Below are positions 9,536 through 20,816 of a stretch of DNA of 64,000 bases, in pieces. The stretch's first letter is position 1. Each line of letters opens with the position of its first letter. Position numbers and translations under genes: made by a program. The DNA lies in the NCBI GenBank assembly GCA_963843375.1, contig CAWJKT010000011.1, forward strand, positions 409,393-473,392. Direction: 5' to 3'. The notes beneath the pieces were generated by a model, which saw only the letters and a program-made list of their open reading frames with translations, made no database searches and was not told the DNA's origin. Origin of the DNA: an uncultured Pseudomonadota bacterium (lineage in GTDB: Bacteria; Oederibacteriota; Muellerivitia; Muellerivitales; Muellerivitaceae).

Positions 9536-12500
9536 ATGATCATGGTAGGAGTCAGATTAAGGGAGGGTTATAAAGGTTTTAATCGCTTTCTAAGGCCACC
9601 ATTCATCAATTCGTCTTGTCTTTTGAATCACCCTACCGAATGTTCCCAAGTGAAGAACCCTCATTCTTCAAGTATTTGGGGTTTTTTCAATATACCTGAA
9701 CGGTTTTATCCCAATCATTTGAGCTTTCCTCCTCTTTGGTTGGTTATGCTTCTTTTCATCCTGGCGTGGGATTTCATTTTTCCCGCATCCAGAGCCCTGG
9801 GGCAGTTCACGAAAATTACCGTTACGGGGCCTAGCGGGTGCGTGACCGTTGGGGAAACAATTGCAGTAACAGCTGTCTTTGGGCCTGCCAACCAGCAAAA
9901 CCAAACCGATGACTACAGCATCGGCTTTGGTAATGCTTCGACCATCGTCTGGCCGGGAGGATGCACGGCTGCGGATAACACTGGTGAACTTCCAAGCAGC
10001 GACCCCGTAACAGTGGTTAATTCCGTCGTTGTCCCCGCCGCCGTTTCGGGGACATGGACAACCGTCGATGTTGTAGGAATACAGAACAGCACTTATTTAT
10101 GCGGGGGCAGCACGGTGATCGGAAACGCCTCCCTCGATGTTTGTTCCAGCATCTATACGCTCACCTTTACTCCGACCAAACTCACCAGTACACCCACATT
10201 GACCCGGACTTTCACAAACACGGGCACACCAACTAAAACCCCCACTATGACTCTAACTCCAACCATTACCTTGACCCCAACCATTACTAGCACACCATCG
10301 CCGTTACCCTGCGGCGCGAGCGCCACTCTTTTCATCGCAAGCGATACCACTAATGAGGTTGATCCCGACTTGCTTGCCCCCGCGACCCCACCCCCGGATG
10401 GCAACGGCAACAAGTGGAACGCGGCGAATTACGACTATACCACTGCTTCCGGTTGGGCTCGGGCTGTAATTATTAACCCGGTTGCCACGGAATGGGCGGC
10501 GCCCTGTAAAATCGCTGGTTCGCCACTGACGCCTTATTGGATTTCTTCGGCCTCCACGGCGGGGGATACTAGTCTGGGCAATGGTTACTATTATTACATT
10601 AAAAATTTCAGCGTTCCCCCGGGTACGGTCGTTACTTCCGTGACCCTCAATATTGCCGCGGATGACGGGAACCAAAACGGGGAGACCTTTGGAATTTTTG
10701 TCAATGGCAATTCGGTCAATGGAAGCGCCGTGACTTTCGCCGCTTGTACCTCGCTAACTATTCCCGTCTCAGACCTTAATTCCGGAAGCAATGTTTTGGC
10801 GATATCAGATGATAACGCTAGTGCATATTGGAATGGCATTGATTACACCCTTTCTTATGTCGTATCCAACCCATGTTCACCGACCCCAACATCTACTCCC
10901 ACGGCTACAGCTACATTTACTCCGACCCCCACACTGACGAACACGGATACACCAACGCTAACTAAAACTCCCACACTCACACCGACCGATACACTCACAC
11001 CTACTCCAACTAATACCTTGACTAACACACCAACCCCTACACCCCCGAACACTCCTTCGAAATCTCCAACTCCCACTGACACCCCAACCAACACTCCTAC
11101 CAACACCAATACCCCAACCCCAACTAACACCCCGACCATTACCAATACCCCCACCCCCACAAAAACCCCCTTGCCGACCCATACACCCACAATTACAAAT
11201 ACGCCCGGAATAACTAATATATCGACAGCGGTGACGGCCCCCAGCAACACACCCACCGTTGACCCGACTCCTATAAACACTAACGATTCCACAGTGGTGG
11301 CGGCACCCAGTAATACACCCACCATTGACCCCACACCGATAAACACGGTTGTGTCCACGACGGGAACGGGACCGACGAACACGCCTACGATTGATCCGAC
11401 ACCCATAAACACCGTTGTATCTACAACAGGAACAGGCCCGACCAACACACCCACCATTGACCCCACACCGATAAACACGGTTGTGTCCACGACGGGAACC
11501 GGACCAACGAACACACCTACGATTGACCCCACACCAGCGGCAACCGTTGTGTCGACGACTGGAACTGGACCGACTAATACACCCACCATTGACCCCACAC
11601 CAGCGGCAACCGTTGTGTCGACGACTGGAACGGGACCGACTAATACACCCACCATTGACCCCACGCCAGTAGCAACGGTTGTATCAACGACTGGGACGGG
11701 ACCGACGAACACACCTACGATTGACCCCACACCAGCAGCAACGGTTGTATCGACGACTGGAACGGGACCGACTAATACACCCACCATTGACCCCACGCCA
11801 GTAGCAACGGTTGTATCAACGACTGGGACGGGACCGACGAACACACCTACGATTGACCCCACACCAGCAGCAACGGTTGTGTCGACGACTGGAACTGGCC
11901 CGACGAACACGCCTACGATTGACCCCACGCCAGCAGCAACGGTTGTATCAACGACTGGGACGGGACCGACGAACACACCTACGATTGACCCCACACCAGC
12001 AGCAACGGTTGTATCGACGACTGGAACTGGCCCGACGAACACGCCTACGATTGACCCCACACCAGCAGCAACGGTTGTATCGACGACTGGGACTGGACCG
12101 ACTAACACACCTACGATTGACCCCACACCAGCAGCAACCGTTGTGTCGACGACGGGAACTGGACCGACGAACACGGCTACTATTGATCCCACACCAGCGG
12201 CAACCGTTGTATCGACGACTGGGACTGGACCGACTAACACACCTACGATTGACCCCACGCCAGCGGCAACCGTTGTGTCGACGACTGGGACGGGACCGAC
12301 GAACACGGCTACGATTGATCCCACACCGGTGGCAACGGTTGTTTCTACAACGGGAACCGGACCAACGAACACGCCTACGATTGACCCTACACCAGCAGCA
12401 ACGGTTGTATCGACGACTGGAACGGGACCGACTAATACGCCCACGATTGACCCCACACCAGCGGCCACGGTAGGGTCAACAACTGGAACAGGACCGACGA

Positions 12501-14248
12501 ATACAGTTACCGTTGACCCGACGCCGATCAATACGGTCGTGTCCACAGTTCAAACGGGACCAACGAATACACCTACGATTGATCCCACACCAGCGGCAAC
12601 GGTTGTGTCGACGACTGGAACCGGACCAACGAACACGCCTACGATTGATCCCACGCCAGTTAACACGGTTGAATCCACAGTTAAAGCAGGGCCGACCAAC
12701 ACAGTTACTAACACTTTCACGCCAATGAATACCTTTGTATCAACGATTGGTATAGTTCCCACTAATACCCCAATGGACACCAACACACCCGCAAATACGT
12801 CTACGATTACCCGCACGCTTACAAGCACCAATACTCCGACAATTACAGGAACAAATACGGCCGTTTGGACCTACACAAATACACCCACTGCCACCTACAC
12901 TTTTAGTGTTACCGGCACCCCAACAATTACTTATACTCCAACATCCACTCCCACCTTCCAGGTGTCCATGAATAAAACGGTATCTTCCACCTCGGCGGAA
13001 TCGGGGAACTTACTTAATTATTCCTTGAACTTAGTAGTGACGGGAAATACGGCCTCAGGAGTGGTCCTAACTGATACCCTTCCCGCCAACGTTACTTACG
13101 TGGGCAGTATTGTTAACAATCCCCCCACCCTACCAACGCCGGTGTTTAACTCCTCGTTGGATCAATTGACTTGGACTTTGCCGCCTCTGAATCCGGGTAC
13201 TTACCAACTTTCTTACCAAACCCAAGTTAATAACTTCGTTGCGAATGGAACTGAGCTTATCAATAGGGCGGTCATGACTTATCCGGGATCGGTTCCGGTA
13301 ACAAGCGTCGCTCCTGTTCAGGTGATAGCCGATGATGTTGTGATCATCGCCGTCTACAACGAAGCTGGGGAATTAGTGAATCAGGTAGCGACAAAAGAGC
13401 AATCCCAGGCACTCGAAAACGTTTCTTTGGGATCTAGTAGCGCCATTACGGGTATTAACAGTCCGGGTGGGGCGGTAACGGTCTATTTTGATGGCACGCC
13501 GATTGCGATTTGGAACGGACTTAATTCCAATGGGACGCCGGCTACCAATGGTACGTACTTTCTCAAGGTGGACAATATCGAAAGTTCAGGAACAGTGGTC
13601 AGCGAGACCCTCCCCGTAGTGGTAAGCCGAACCATAAACCAGATAGCCGTTCTGATCTACAACCAAGCTGGGGAAGTGGTCCGGCATCTTTATGCCTATT
13701 TGTCGAACACTGGATCGGCATCCACCTTGGATATGAATCTTTCAGTTCCGATGATTGCCCCCTCCGAAACGGGATCGGGTGGTTCAGTGCCAACGCAATT
13801 GAATATTCTCTTAAGCAATGGGACCACGATCATTTGGGACGGGAAGAGCGACAATGGAAGTTTCGTCCAAAGCGGCGAGTATTTTGTGGAACTCAATACC
13901 AATGGAAGCTCCGGTGGCCTCATAGTTAAACAAGTATCAGTGGAGGATAACAATAACTCTGCTGGCGCGGGTACGGTGACCGCTTGGCCGAATATTTTGA
14001 AGGCTTCCAATGGTTCATTAGTGACCAATTTCCATACAAATTCCTCCTTGAGCCTGACTTTGAACGCGTCCATATACACGGTATCGGGTGAGCTGGTTCA
14101 AGTCATTAATGGAAACCAGGGAAGCAATCAAGTTGCGTGGAATGCCGCCGGAGTTGCCAGTGGAATCTATATCGCGGTTGTAGAAGAGATGGACACTGAT
14201 GGGGGCTTGCTGAGCCGTCAGACTGTTAAAGTCGTGTTGATCAAATGA
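9536..14248 (+). CDS. large secreted surface protein: jelly-roll domain, Thr/Pro repeats, DUF11-like domain, FlgD-Ig-like domains, CTD-like tail
   Basis: IAADD...IFVNG...GSNVLAI; KTVS...[20 protein letters not shown]...[11 protein letters not shown]...KVVLIK; true start probably downstream (~9746). Confidence 0.85.
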   Translation: MIMVGVRLREGYKGFNRFLRPPFINSSCLLNHPTECSQVKNPHSSSIWGFFNIPERFYPNHLSFPPLWLVMLLFILAWDFIFPASRALGQFTKITVTGPSGCVTVGETIAVTAVFGPANQQNQTDDYSIGFGNASTIVWPGGCTAADNTGELPSSDPVTVVNSVVVPAAVSGTWTTVDVVGIQNSTYLCGGSTVIGNASLDVCSSIYTLTFTPTKLTSTPTLTRTFTNTGTPTKTPTMTLTPTITLTPTITSTPSPLPCGASATLFIASDTTNEVDPDLLAPATPPPDGNGNKWNAANYDYTTASGWARAVIINPVATEWAAPCKIAGSPLTPYWISSASTAGDTSLGNGYYYYIKNFSVPPGTVVTSVTLNIAADDGNQNGETFGIFVNGNSVNGSAVTFAACTSLTIPVSDLNSGSNVLAISDDNASAYWNGIDYTLSYVVSNPCSPTPTSTPTATATFTPTPTLTNTDTPTLTKTPTLTPTDTLTPTPTNTLTNTPTPTPPNTPSKSPTPTDTPTNTPTNTNTPTPTNTPTITNTPTPTKTPLPTHTPTITNTPGITNISTAVTAPSNTPTVDPTPINTNDSTVVAAPSNTPTIDPTPINTVVSTTGTGPTNTPTIDPTPINTVVSTTGTGPTNTPTIDPTPINTVVSTTGTGPTNTPTIDPTPAATVVSTTGTGPTNTPTIDPTPAATVVSTTGTGPTNTPTIDPTPVATVVSTTGTGPTNTPTIDPTPAATVVSTTGTGPTNTPTIDPTPVATVVSTTGTGPTNTPTIDPTPAATVVSTTGTGPTNTPTIDPTPAATVVSTTGTGPTNTPTIDPTPAATVVSTTGTGPTNTPTIDPTPAATVVSTTGTGPTNTPTIDPTPAATVVSTTGTGPTNTATIDPTPAATVVSTTGTGPTNTPTIDPTPAATVVSTTGTGPTNTATIDPTPVATVVSTTGTGPTNTPTIDPTPAATVVSTTGTGPTNTPTIDPTPAATVGSTTGTGPTNTVTVDPTPINTVVSTVQTGPTNTPTIDPTPAATVVSTTGTGPTNTPTIDPTPVNTVESTVKAGPTNTVTNTFTPMNTFVSTIGIVPTNTPMDTNTPANTSTITRTLTSTNTPTITGTNTAVWTYTNTPTATYTFSVTGTPTITYTPTSTPTFQVSMNKTVSSTSAESGNLLNYSLNLVVTGNTASGVVLTDTLPANVTYVGSIVNNPPTLPTPVFNSSLDQLTWTLPPLNPGTYQLSYQTQVNNFVANGTELINRAVMTYPGSVPVTSVAPVQVIADDVVIIAVYNEAGELVNQVATKEQSQALENVSLGSSSAITGINSPGGAVTVYFDGTPIAIWNGLNSNGTPATNGTYFLKVDNIESSGTVVSETLPVVVSRTINQIAVLIYNQAGEVVRHLYAYLSNTGSASTLDMNLSVPMIAPSETGSGGSVPTQLNILLSNGTTIIWDGKSDNGSFVQSGEYFVELNTNGSSGGLIVKQVSVEDNNNSAGAGTVTAWPNILKASNGSLVTNFHTNSSLSLTLNASIYTVSGELVQVINGNQGSNQVAWNAAGVASGIYIAVVEEMDTDGGLLSRQTVKVVLIK
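11240..12700 (+). repeat. 66-bp coding tandem repeat, 22 units ([22 protein letters not shown])
   Basis: DPTP codons run from 11261 to 12647, i.e. 21 x 66 bp. Confidence 0.95.
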
Positions 14249-14458
14249 TAACTTAGGTAAAAACGTGGTTTTATTGGATGTTCATATGGGTTCTGCGATT
14301 AAGGGCGCGATCCCAGAAACCCAAGCCTTGGTGAAGCAATAACAGTTGAAGGAAAAATGGTTTCTCGAACAATTGGCGAGTTTATTCAAGGTTCACTGTC
14401 ATTAGGGTGACAAAATCTTATTATTTTTTATCTAAATGCTTTAAAAGCGAATAATTAC

Positions 14459-14803
14459 ATGAAAAAAATCTTTGAAAGACGGAAATTTGATCGTATCGAG
14501 TTTCAAAAGCCAGTCCGAGTTTTCGCTGTTAATATTTCAAAATCGGGCCATATTTGGGAGGTGTCACGAAATTCAATCGAGGTTTGGGCTAACAACATTA
14601 GCGAAGGGGGATTAAGGCTAGAATCCATTCAGCTCTTCGACGTAAATTTAACGCTCAAATTTTATTTTGAATTCGAAGAAAACATGGGGGCGGAAGAATA
14701 TGGGAGGATCGCTTGGTCCTATGATCACCATTGCGGAGTCCATTTTCTGGAAGTGGATCAGAACCTGCGAGCTGGAATCAGGGCGATGAGGTACAAAACT
14801 TAA
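14459..14803 (+). CDS. PilZ domain protein (c-di-GMP binding)
   Basis: ERRKFDR (RxxxR) and NISEGG (D/NxSxxG). Confidence 0.85.
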   Translation: MKKIFERRKFDRIEFQKPVRVFAVNISKSGHIWEVSRNSIEVWANNISEGGLRLESIQLFDVNLTLKFYFEFEENMGAEEYGRIAWSYDHHCGVHFLEVDQNLRAGIRAMRYKT

Positions 14804-14990
14804 AATTTTATTCATTTGCAAGGCATGAAGAGAGAGATTTTTCCACTCCGGGACGAGGAACGTTTACATCTTTGCATTACTTTGCCCAGAGAAGAGTTGG
14901 ATGAAACGACTGTCTCAAAAAAGGCGAAAGAATTAACGAGCCGGCGAAATCGGATTTAAAATCCTTGGCCGCGATCATTTTTGACCAACA

Positions 14991-16349
14991 TTATAATTGG
15001 ACCAGTTTTCGGGGTTCAGACCAGTCTTTCGGGATTTTCCTATCGGATCGGAAAGCCGCCCCCATAGGGGCTGGAGTTATCGGGCGTGGGGGTAGGGGAG
15101 GGTGGAATGGGAGTATCGGTGGCGGCGGGCTGGCTTCCCCCGAAATGACCAGGGCTGTATCGGGCACAATGGGCTTCAGCCGGATGATACAGTTGTTCTG
15201 GATGTCGGTGATATAAAGCCGGTTCAAGGAATCGCAAGCTAAGGATCGAAACCGAGGGGGAGAGGCCAGGTTTAATTTCTCATCCGCGGCACGCCATTCG
15301 CCGATGAATTCAAAACGGGCGTTAAATATATTCACTCGGCCTGTCAGGCCGTCTGCCACGGCGATCAGTTTGGTTTTGGTGACAACCACTCCGGCCGGTT
15401 CCTCGAATTGGTAGGGCCCGTCCCCATACCAGCCCTCCACCGTAACAGGGATGTTAGGCTGTGGGGTTGGCTCAAATGTGACGCTGCCCGAAGCGTCGGT
15501 GACCGGGGACTGGTCGATGTTGGACGGAGACTGGTCATTGAAGACCTGGATGCGGAAGTTGCCCGTATCGGCCACGATGGCCTGGTCAATATTGTTCAAG
15601 GCCAGTCCGAGGGGAAAATTAAGTGTGCTTGTCGCGGTGCCGAAGGTTCCCCAGGTAAAGTTGAATTTTCCCATGTTGCTGAAGTTGGAAATCCGGGAGT
15701 TTCCTGTATCCAGCACCCAGATGTTTCCAAAGTGGTCCTTCACAACCACCCGGGGATTCGTGAACTGGCGATGACGGGTACCCATGCTTCCCCAGGAAAG
15801 AAGGACAAGCCCGTTTTGGTCCAGCAGGACGATTCGGTTATTGAGAGTGTCGGCGACGTAAATTTGTCCATCGGGTACGACCAAAACACCCGCGGGATGG
15901 TCGAATTGGGGGTCATTGCGCCAGACGGCGGAAGAACCGTAGGAACCCAAGGCTTTGATGGGCTTTCCGTCGCAGGTCCATTCCAGAATTCGGTTGTTTT
16001 GTGTGTCCGCAATATAAAGATTGCCGTCGGGCCCTACGCAAATCCCCTCCGGGCCGTTGAGCTGGTTTAAACCCGAACCCTTGGTTCCAAAGAGGGTATC
16101 GAAAGTATAGATTTTTTCGCCGGTCCAAGTTTTGGGCAAGGCGTTAGCCGGGGGCGTCTGAACGGGCGGGACGTTGGGGGTAGGAGTGGGAAGAGGTGCG
16201 GAAATAGGCGTGGCGGCTCCATTGACGTCATCGGCCCGGGTGACGCCGGGGGCGGCCGCTAGGACAAAGCCAAAGGCAAGGAAACCCAGGAACCATTTTG
16301 ATGGGGATAACATGTATACAATGCTATAGGCCAACCCAAACGGCGTCAA
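14991..16349 (-). CDS. exported NHL-repeat beta-propeller protein
   Basis: Repeated P.G...IYVADT.NNRI; signal peptide; start likely ~16313. Confidence 0.85.
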   Translation of the reverse strand: MTPFGLAYSIVYMLSPSKWFLGFLAFGFVLAAAPGVTRADDVNGAATPISAPLPTPTPNVPPVQTPPANALPKTWTGEKIYTFDTLFGTKGSGLNQLNGPEGICVGPDGNLYIADTQNNRILEWTCDGKPIKALGSYGSSAVWRNDPQFDHPAGVLVVPDGQIYVADTLNNRIVLLDQNGLVLLSWGSMGTRHRQFTNPRVVVKDHFGNIWVLDTGNSRISNFSNMGKFNFTWGTFGTATSTLNFPLGLALNNIDQAIVADTGNFRIQVFNDQSPSNIDQSPVTDASGSVTFEPTPQPNIPVTVEGWYGDGPYQFEEPAGVVVTKTKLIAVADGLTGRVNIFNARFEFIGEWRAADEKLNLASPPRFRSLACDSLNRLYITDIQNNCIIRLKPIVPDTALVISGEASPPPPILPFHPPLPPRPITPAPMGAAFRSDRKIPKDWSEPRKLVQL

Positions 16350-16415
16350 TGGTCACGGGACGGTGGAAATATTGGACATATCCGGCTCTTAAAAAAAATA
16401 AAAAATAAATTTCCA

Positions 16416-16778
16416 TTATTTTGCGGGGGAAACCAGGACGTGGGACAACTCCACCAGCTTTCGCACCAGACTATCGGGAAGAGAGCCGTCCATGGTGAGT
16501 GTGTTCCAATGCTTCTTATTCATATGGTAGCCGGGTTGAACGGCGGGATATTGCTTGCGCAGGGCCTGGGCCCAAAGGGGATCGCACTTTAAGTTGATGA
16601 ACCAAAGACCCCTTTCCTGGGACAGAGTCGCGAACATTTTGCCCTTGGTTTTATAAACCGCTACTCCCGGACCGAACGGAAAGGTTTCCACCGCTCCGGG
16701 TTTCGCCAGGAATAATCTGCGGTATTTTTTGAAAGTTCTTCCGGTGAAGGGGGAAAAAGGAGCCATGACTTTTTTCAT
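16416..16778 (-). CDS. MmcQ/YjbR family DNA-binding protein
   Basis: FPFG...KMFA...NLKCDP...PGYHMNKKHWNT. Confidence 0.9.
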   Translation of the reverse strand: MKKVMAPFSPFTGRTFKKYRRLFLAKPGAVETFPFGPGVAVYKTKGKMFATLSQERGLWFINLKCDPLWAQALRKQYPAVQPGYHMNKKHWNTLTMDGSLPDSLVRKLVELSHVLVSPAK

Positions 16779-16814
16779 GGACGCTATTCTCCGTGCTTTT
16801 GGGGTTTGGATAAA

Positions 16815-16850
16815 TAAAAAAGGAGGACGGGTTCCGCCCGACCTCCTTTG
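16815..16850 (-). terminator. rho-independent terminator after hsp20
   Basis: aggaggtcgggcggaacccgtcctcct hairpin followed by a U-run on the minus strand. Confidence 0.65.
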
Positions 16851-16882
16851 AACTACAGCCAAACGGGGGAAGTCCCGCCGGC

Positions 16883-17347
16883 TTAGCTGATCTTGATCTC
16901 CACGTTCTTTTCCTTAGCTTCCTCGGCCTTGGGAACAGTCACCGTGAGGATCCCGTCCTTGAAAGCCGCCGAAACCTTGTCCGCCTTGATGGAGTTCGGG
17001 AGAACAAAACTGCGTTGGAAGGAGCCATAATAGCTTTCCACGCGGTGGTATTTCTTGTCCTCGTGCTTGGCCTCCGACTTCTTTTCGCCGGAAATCGTCA
17101 GAACGTTGTTGTTGACCGCGATCTTCGTGTCTTCCTTTTTCATCCCCGGTATTTCCGCCCGGATGGAGTATTCCTGCGGCGTCTCGGAAATGTCCACCGA
17201 AGGGAAAAGCTCCCCGCTCTTCAAGGGGAATTCCCAGTCCTTCGGGAAATCCAAAAAATTATCGAAAATCTGCCGGATATTCCTATCCAAGGTCCAGGGC
17301 CTCCACAGCGATTTTTCTTCCGTGGGGTCGTACTTAATAATGGCCAT
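16883..17347 (-). CDS. Hsp20/alpha-crystallin small heat shock protein
   Basis: PSVDISET...AEIPG...YGSFQRSFVLP...FKDGILTVTVPK; AAGGAGG RBS. Confidence 0.93.
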   Translation of the reverse strand: MAIIKYDPTEEKSLWRPWTLDRNIRQIFDNFLDFPKDWEFPLKSGELFPSVDISETPQEYSIRAEIPGMKKEDTKIAVNNNVLTISGEKKSEAKHEDKKYHRVESYYGSFQRSFVLPNSIKADKVSAAFKDGILTVTVPKAEEAKEKNVEIKIS

Positions 17348-17589
17348 AAGCCACCTCCTTATTTTGTATCTTGGCCTTATTATTAGGACCGTTTGAAATA
17401 TTTTTCCATGATTCCCGTCACAAAAAAATAAATTTACGAATTTTTCACGTAAGCATGACAAACCGGGCCAAAAGGCTTCATGAAAACAATTTTCGGGAAA
17501 ACCTGAAACCTGACGCCGGTCATAAACCATTGAATTTTTTTAGATAAGATGAATAAGATTCAGGAAAGCCTTTTCAAGGAGGCGAAAAA

Positions 17590-17766
17590 ATGGCGAAGGT
17601 AAAAGAAAAAGAATCACAGAAAAAACAAAACGAGGAAGTTTCCAAGGATAACCTCGAAGTGGCGGCTTATTTCCGCTGGCTGGAAAGGGGCTGTCCGCTG
17701 GACGACGCCTTGACCGATTGGGTGGAAGTTGAAAAGAAATTTCCGGCGCATCATCTGCAGAATTAA
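17590..17766 (+). CDS. DUF2934-like small protein (58 aa)
   Basis: Read manually: LEVAAYFRWLERGCP...LTDWVEVE; AAGGAGG RBS. Confidence 0.8.
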   Translation: MAKVKEKESQKKQNEEVSKDNLEVAAYFRWLERGCPLDDALTDWVEVEKKFPAHHLQN

Positions 17767-17805
17767 AATCAGCGGATTAAACAATCTGGCTGGAAGTGGG
17801 GCAGT

Positions 17806-18654
17806 TCAGCCGAAATTTCCCGTCTGGTAGTCGGCGAAGGCCTTCTTCACCTCGCCCGGGGTGTTCATGACAAAGGGGCCTCCCCTGGCGACCGGTTCCT
17901 TAAGCTTTTGGGCCGAGGCGAAAAGAAAGTGTAGGGGCTTGTCTGTGTCAGATTGGATTTTCACCGAGTCCCCTTCCCCGAAGACTCCCAAATAACCCGC
18001 TTTGACGTAAGAAGGTTCTTCTTCCGGCCCAGTTTTCGCTTTGCCTTCGATAACATAGAGGAAGGCGTTCTGATCCTGCGGAGCGGGCACCGTGAAAAGT
18101 TTTCCAGGTTCAAGTTTGACGTCTAAGTAAGTGAAGGGAATAAACGACTGGCCGGGGCTCTTGGCACCCTCATACTCTCCCGCCAACACCTTCACCTTAC
18201 GGCCGTCCTTCTCAAAAATGGGAAGTTTTTCGGAGGGGATGTCCTGGTATTTGGGCTCGGTCATCTTGAGCCTGGCAGGCAGGTTCAGCCAAAGCTGGTA
18301 ACCCCAAGCTAGGCCGTCGGTTTGCTCCGGCATCTCGCTGTGGATGAGCCCTTTCCCGGCGGTCATCCACTGGATGGAACCGGCGGTCAAATGGCCTTCG
18401 TGGCCTTTGGAATCACGATGCGTAAAGGCCCCGGCCATCATGTAAGTTACGGTCTCAAAACCCCGGTGAGGGTGGTCCGGAAAACCGGCGGCGTAATCGT
18501 CCGGATCGTCGTTTTTGAACTCGTCGAGAAGTAAAAAAGGGTCCAGCATATTGAGTTCGGGGGAGCCCAGGATTCTCTTGAGCTTCACGCCCGCCCCGTC
18601 GGATGTATCCATTCCCCGGATGATTTGAGTGATTTTACGGTCGGTGGTTTTCAT
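17806..18654 (-). CDS. pirin family protein
   Basis: DPFLLLD, HPHRGFETVTY, QWMTAGKG.IHSE, GPFVMN. Confidence 0.93.
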   Translation of the reverse strand: MKTTDRKITQIIRGMDTSDGAGVKLKRILGSPELNMLDPFLLLDEFKNDDPDDYAAGFPDHPHRGFETVTYMMAGAFTHRDSKGHEGHLTAGSIQWMTAGKGLIHSEMPEQTDGLAWGYQLWLNLPARLKMTEPKYQDIPSEKLPIFEKDGRKVKVLAGEYEGAKSPGQSFIPFTYLDVKLEPGKLFTVPAPQDQNAFLYVIEGKAKTGPEEEPSYVKAGYLGVFGEGDSVKIQSDTDKPLHFLFASAQKLKEPVARGGPFVMNTPGEVKKAFADYQTGNFG

Positions 18655-18796
18655 GGCCCCCTCCTTTTGATTTTTCAACCATAAGAAAAAAAAGGTTTCG
18701 CGTCCAGGCACCGTCTTCAATAACTGGTAACCGCCGGGAAACGCGGTTTTTTTTCAAACCGGGTTAGGCCAGGGGTTGAAAAGAAAACAATGGGGT

Positions 18797-19645
18797 TCAG
18801 GCCAACATCCACACCGCTACCGATGCGGTCAAACAATAGTAGCCAAACCAGGGCCAATGGCCCCGTTCCAGCCAGCTCGACAGCCATTTCAGGGCCAGGA
18901 GGCCGGCGAGGAAACTGAAAGCCATACCCAGAAATCCCGGGGAAAAGAGGCCGATTTTTTCCCCCAGGGTGAGGCCGGAAAAGGCGTGGGCTTTCATGAG
19001 TCGGTGGATCTCCCGCCAATCCACGGCGGGCGTCAATACGACCGCCAGGGCGAAACTGAAATCCTCCGCCTTTGTCTTGGCCAGGCCGAGGATGAGTCCG
19101 GTGGAAATGGTGGCGCCGGAGCGGGAAAACCCGCGGAAAGGAAGGCAAAGCCCTTGGACCAGGCCGATCCACAAGGACTCCTTCGGTCCCAAGCCTTTTT
19201 TCCCCCGGGAGGTCTCCTGAAAGCTGGAAGAAAAAAGGATCAAGCAACCGGCGGCTCCCAAGGAAATGGAAATCAACTTGAAGTTACCGAAGATCATTTC
19301 AACCTCGGCGTTGGGTGTCTCTCTTAAGACTACCTTTTCGATCAGGAATTTCAGGGCAAACCCCAAAATCACGGTGGTAAGGGTCGCCAGGAAAACCTGC
19401 TTGAGAAAGACCAGACTGTCGGTGAGAGACTGGAAATAACGGGAGCCCCAACTCTTTCCGAAATAAAACAAAACGGAAAACATCGTTCCCGTGTGAAGCA
19501 TGACCAACAAGAGGGTCATTTCCGGGGCGGTGGGGTCCAGGCCCATGAGTTTTTCCGCCACGATGACATGGGCGGAACTGGAAACCGGCAGGAGTTCGGC
19601 GAAGCCCTGAACCAGGGCCAGGCCCAAAATTTGAAAGTAGTGCAT
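18797..19645 (-). CDS. uppP: undecaprenyl-diphosphate phosphatase
   Basis: VQGFAELLPVSSSAH; GFSRSGATIS. Confidence 0.9.
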   Translation of the reverse strand: MHYFQILGLALVQGFAELLPVSSSAHVIVAEKLMGLDPTAPEMTLLLVMLHTGTMFSVLFYFGKSWGSRYFQSLTDSLVFLKQVFLATLTTVILGFALKFLIEKVVLRETPNAEVEMIFGNFKLISISLGAAGCLILFSSSFQETSRGKKGLGPKESLWIGLVQGLCLPFRGFSRSGATISTGLILGLAKTKAEDFSFALAVVLTPAVDWREIHRLMKAHAFSGLTLGEKIGLFSPGFLGMAFSFLAGLLALKWLSSWLERGHWPWFGYYCLTASVAVWMLA

Positions 19646-19726
19646 TTTTATCCTTTGCTTCGAGCGTTTGAGGCGGGAACGGGCCCTATTTCACTCCGAA
19701 AGGGCGAAACTTCAAAGAGAAAAATT

Positions 19727-20805
19727 TTAAAACCACGGACCCAAACCAAAGGCCAAGAGGTCGTCGTTCAATGGGATTTGGTAAGGGGCTTTAGAAACAC
19801 CGGATTTACGCCATTGGTCCAGAACCTTCATGTTGCCCAGGGTATCGGCCCAGGACATATCCGGGCATTCTTTCTTGCCCGCCCGGACGCATTCGGCCAC
19901 CCGGTCGGCTTCCACGGTGTATAAATTGCGGTTGCAGTGAACGGGAATTTTCCGAGATGATTTTTTTGCCGCGGGTTTCAAGGAGAAAATAGGAGGTTCC
20001 GGCGTCCCACTTGGCGAACCAGGGGGAAAGGACGGTTAAGCTTCCCTTAGACCCGTCGATTTTAACCCTGGATTCCCCCCAGTCGACCCGGATGGCGCAG
20101 GAAAGCTCCGCCAGGATGCCGCCGGGGAACTTGAGAGAAGCGAGGGCGATTTCATCCACCCGGCTTTTGAGCCGATAACGGCCGTGCCTTTCACTTCCAG
20201 CGGTTCGGCGAAGGGTTTACCCAAGACAGCGCCCGCGATAAGCCGGGCCATGGAAACGGGATAACAGCCGATATCCAGGATTCCCCCTCCCCCCAGGCGG
20301 GGATTGAAAAGCCGGTGGTGGACATCCACGGGGGCCTCAAAACAAAAAGATGCCTGGATCAGGCGGACCTCACCGACGCATTTTTTGCGGATAAGTTCCA
20401 CCAGCCTTGCGGTTTGGGGATGACACCGGTACATGAAGGCTTCCATTAGGAATACCCGGTTACGCCGGGCAGCATCCACAACCCGCGCCGAGTCAGGATG
20501 ATTCATCGTCAATGGCTTTTCGCAAAGGATATGTTTGCCCGCTTTCGCGGCCTTGAGGGCCCAGTCGGCGTGCATCGGATGGGGCGTGGCAATATAGACG
20601 GCTTCCACCGATGGATCTTTCAGAAGAGAAGCGTAATTTCCATAAGCTTTTGGGATTTGATGTTCGGCGGGCGAATTTTTCCGCCGATTCGATCGAGCGG
20701 CTGGCTACCGCCGCCAAACGGCCGGTGCGGGAAGCTCGCACCCCCCGGGCAAAGACTCCGGCGATGCGGCCGGTAGTTAATATTCCCCAATGGAATCGGT
20801 TTCAC
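19727..20805 (-). CDS. Gfo/Idh/MocA oxidoreductase (several frameshifts)
   Basis: WGILTTGRIA, VYIATPHPMH, HILCEKP, GGGILDIGCY spread over several frames. Confidence 0.8.
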
Positions 20806-20816
20806 AGTCCACCCCA

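Noticed and set aside
10855..12546. 563-aa Val/Gly-rich antisense ORF (also 7810..8175)
   Set aside because: Mirror of Thr/Pro codons on the opposite strand
11240..12700. CRISPR array (66-bp period)
   Set aside because: No unique spacers; variation is mostly synonymous within a coding frame; no cas genes
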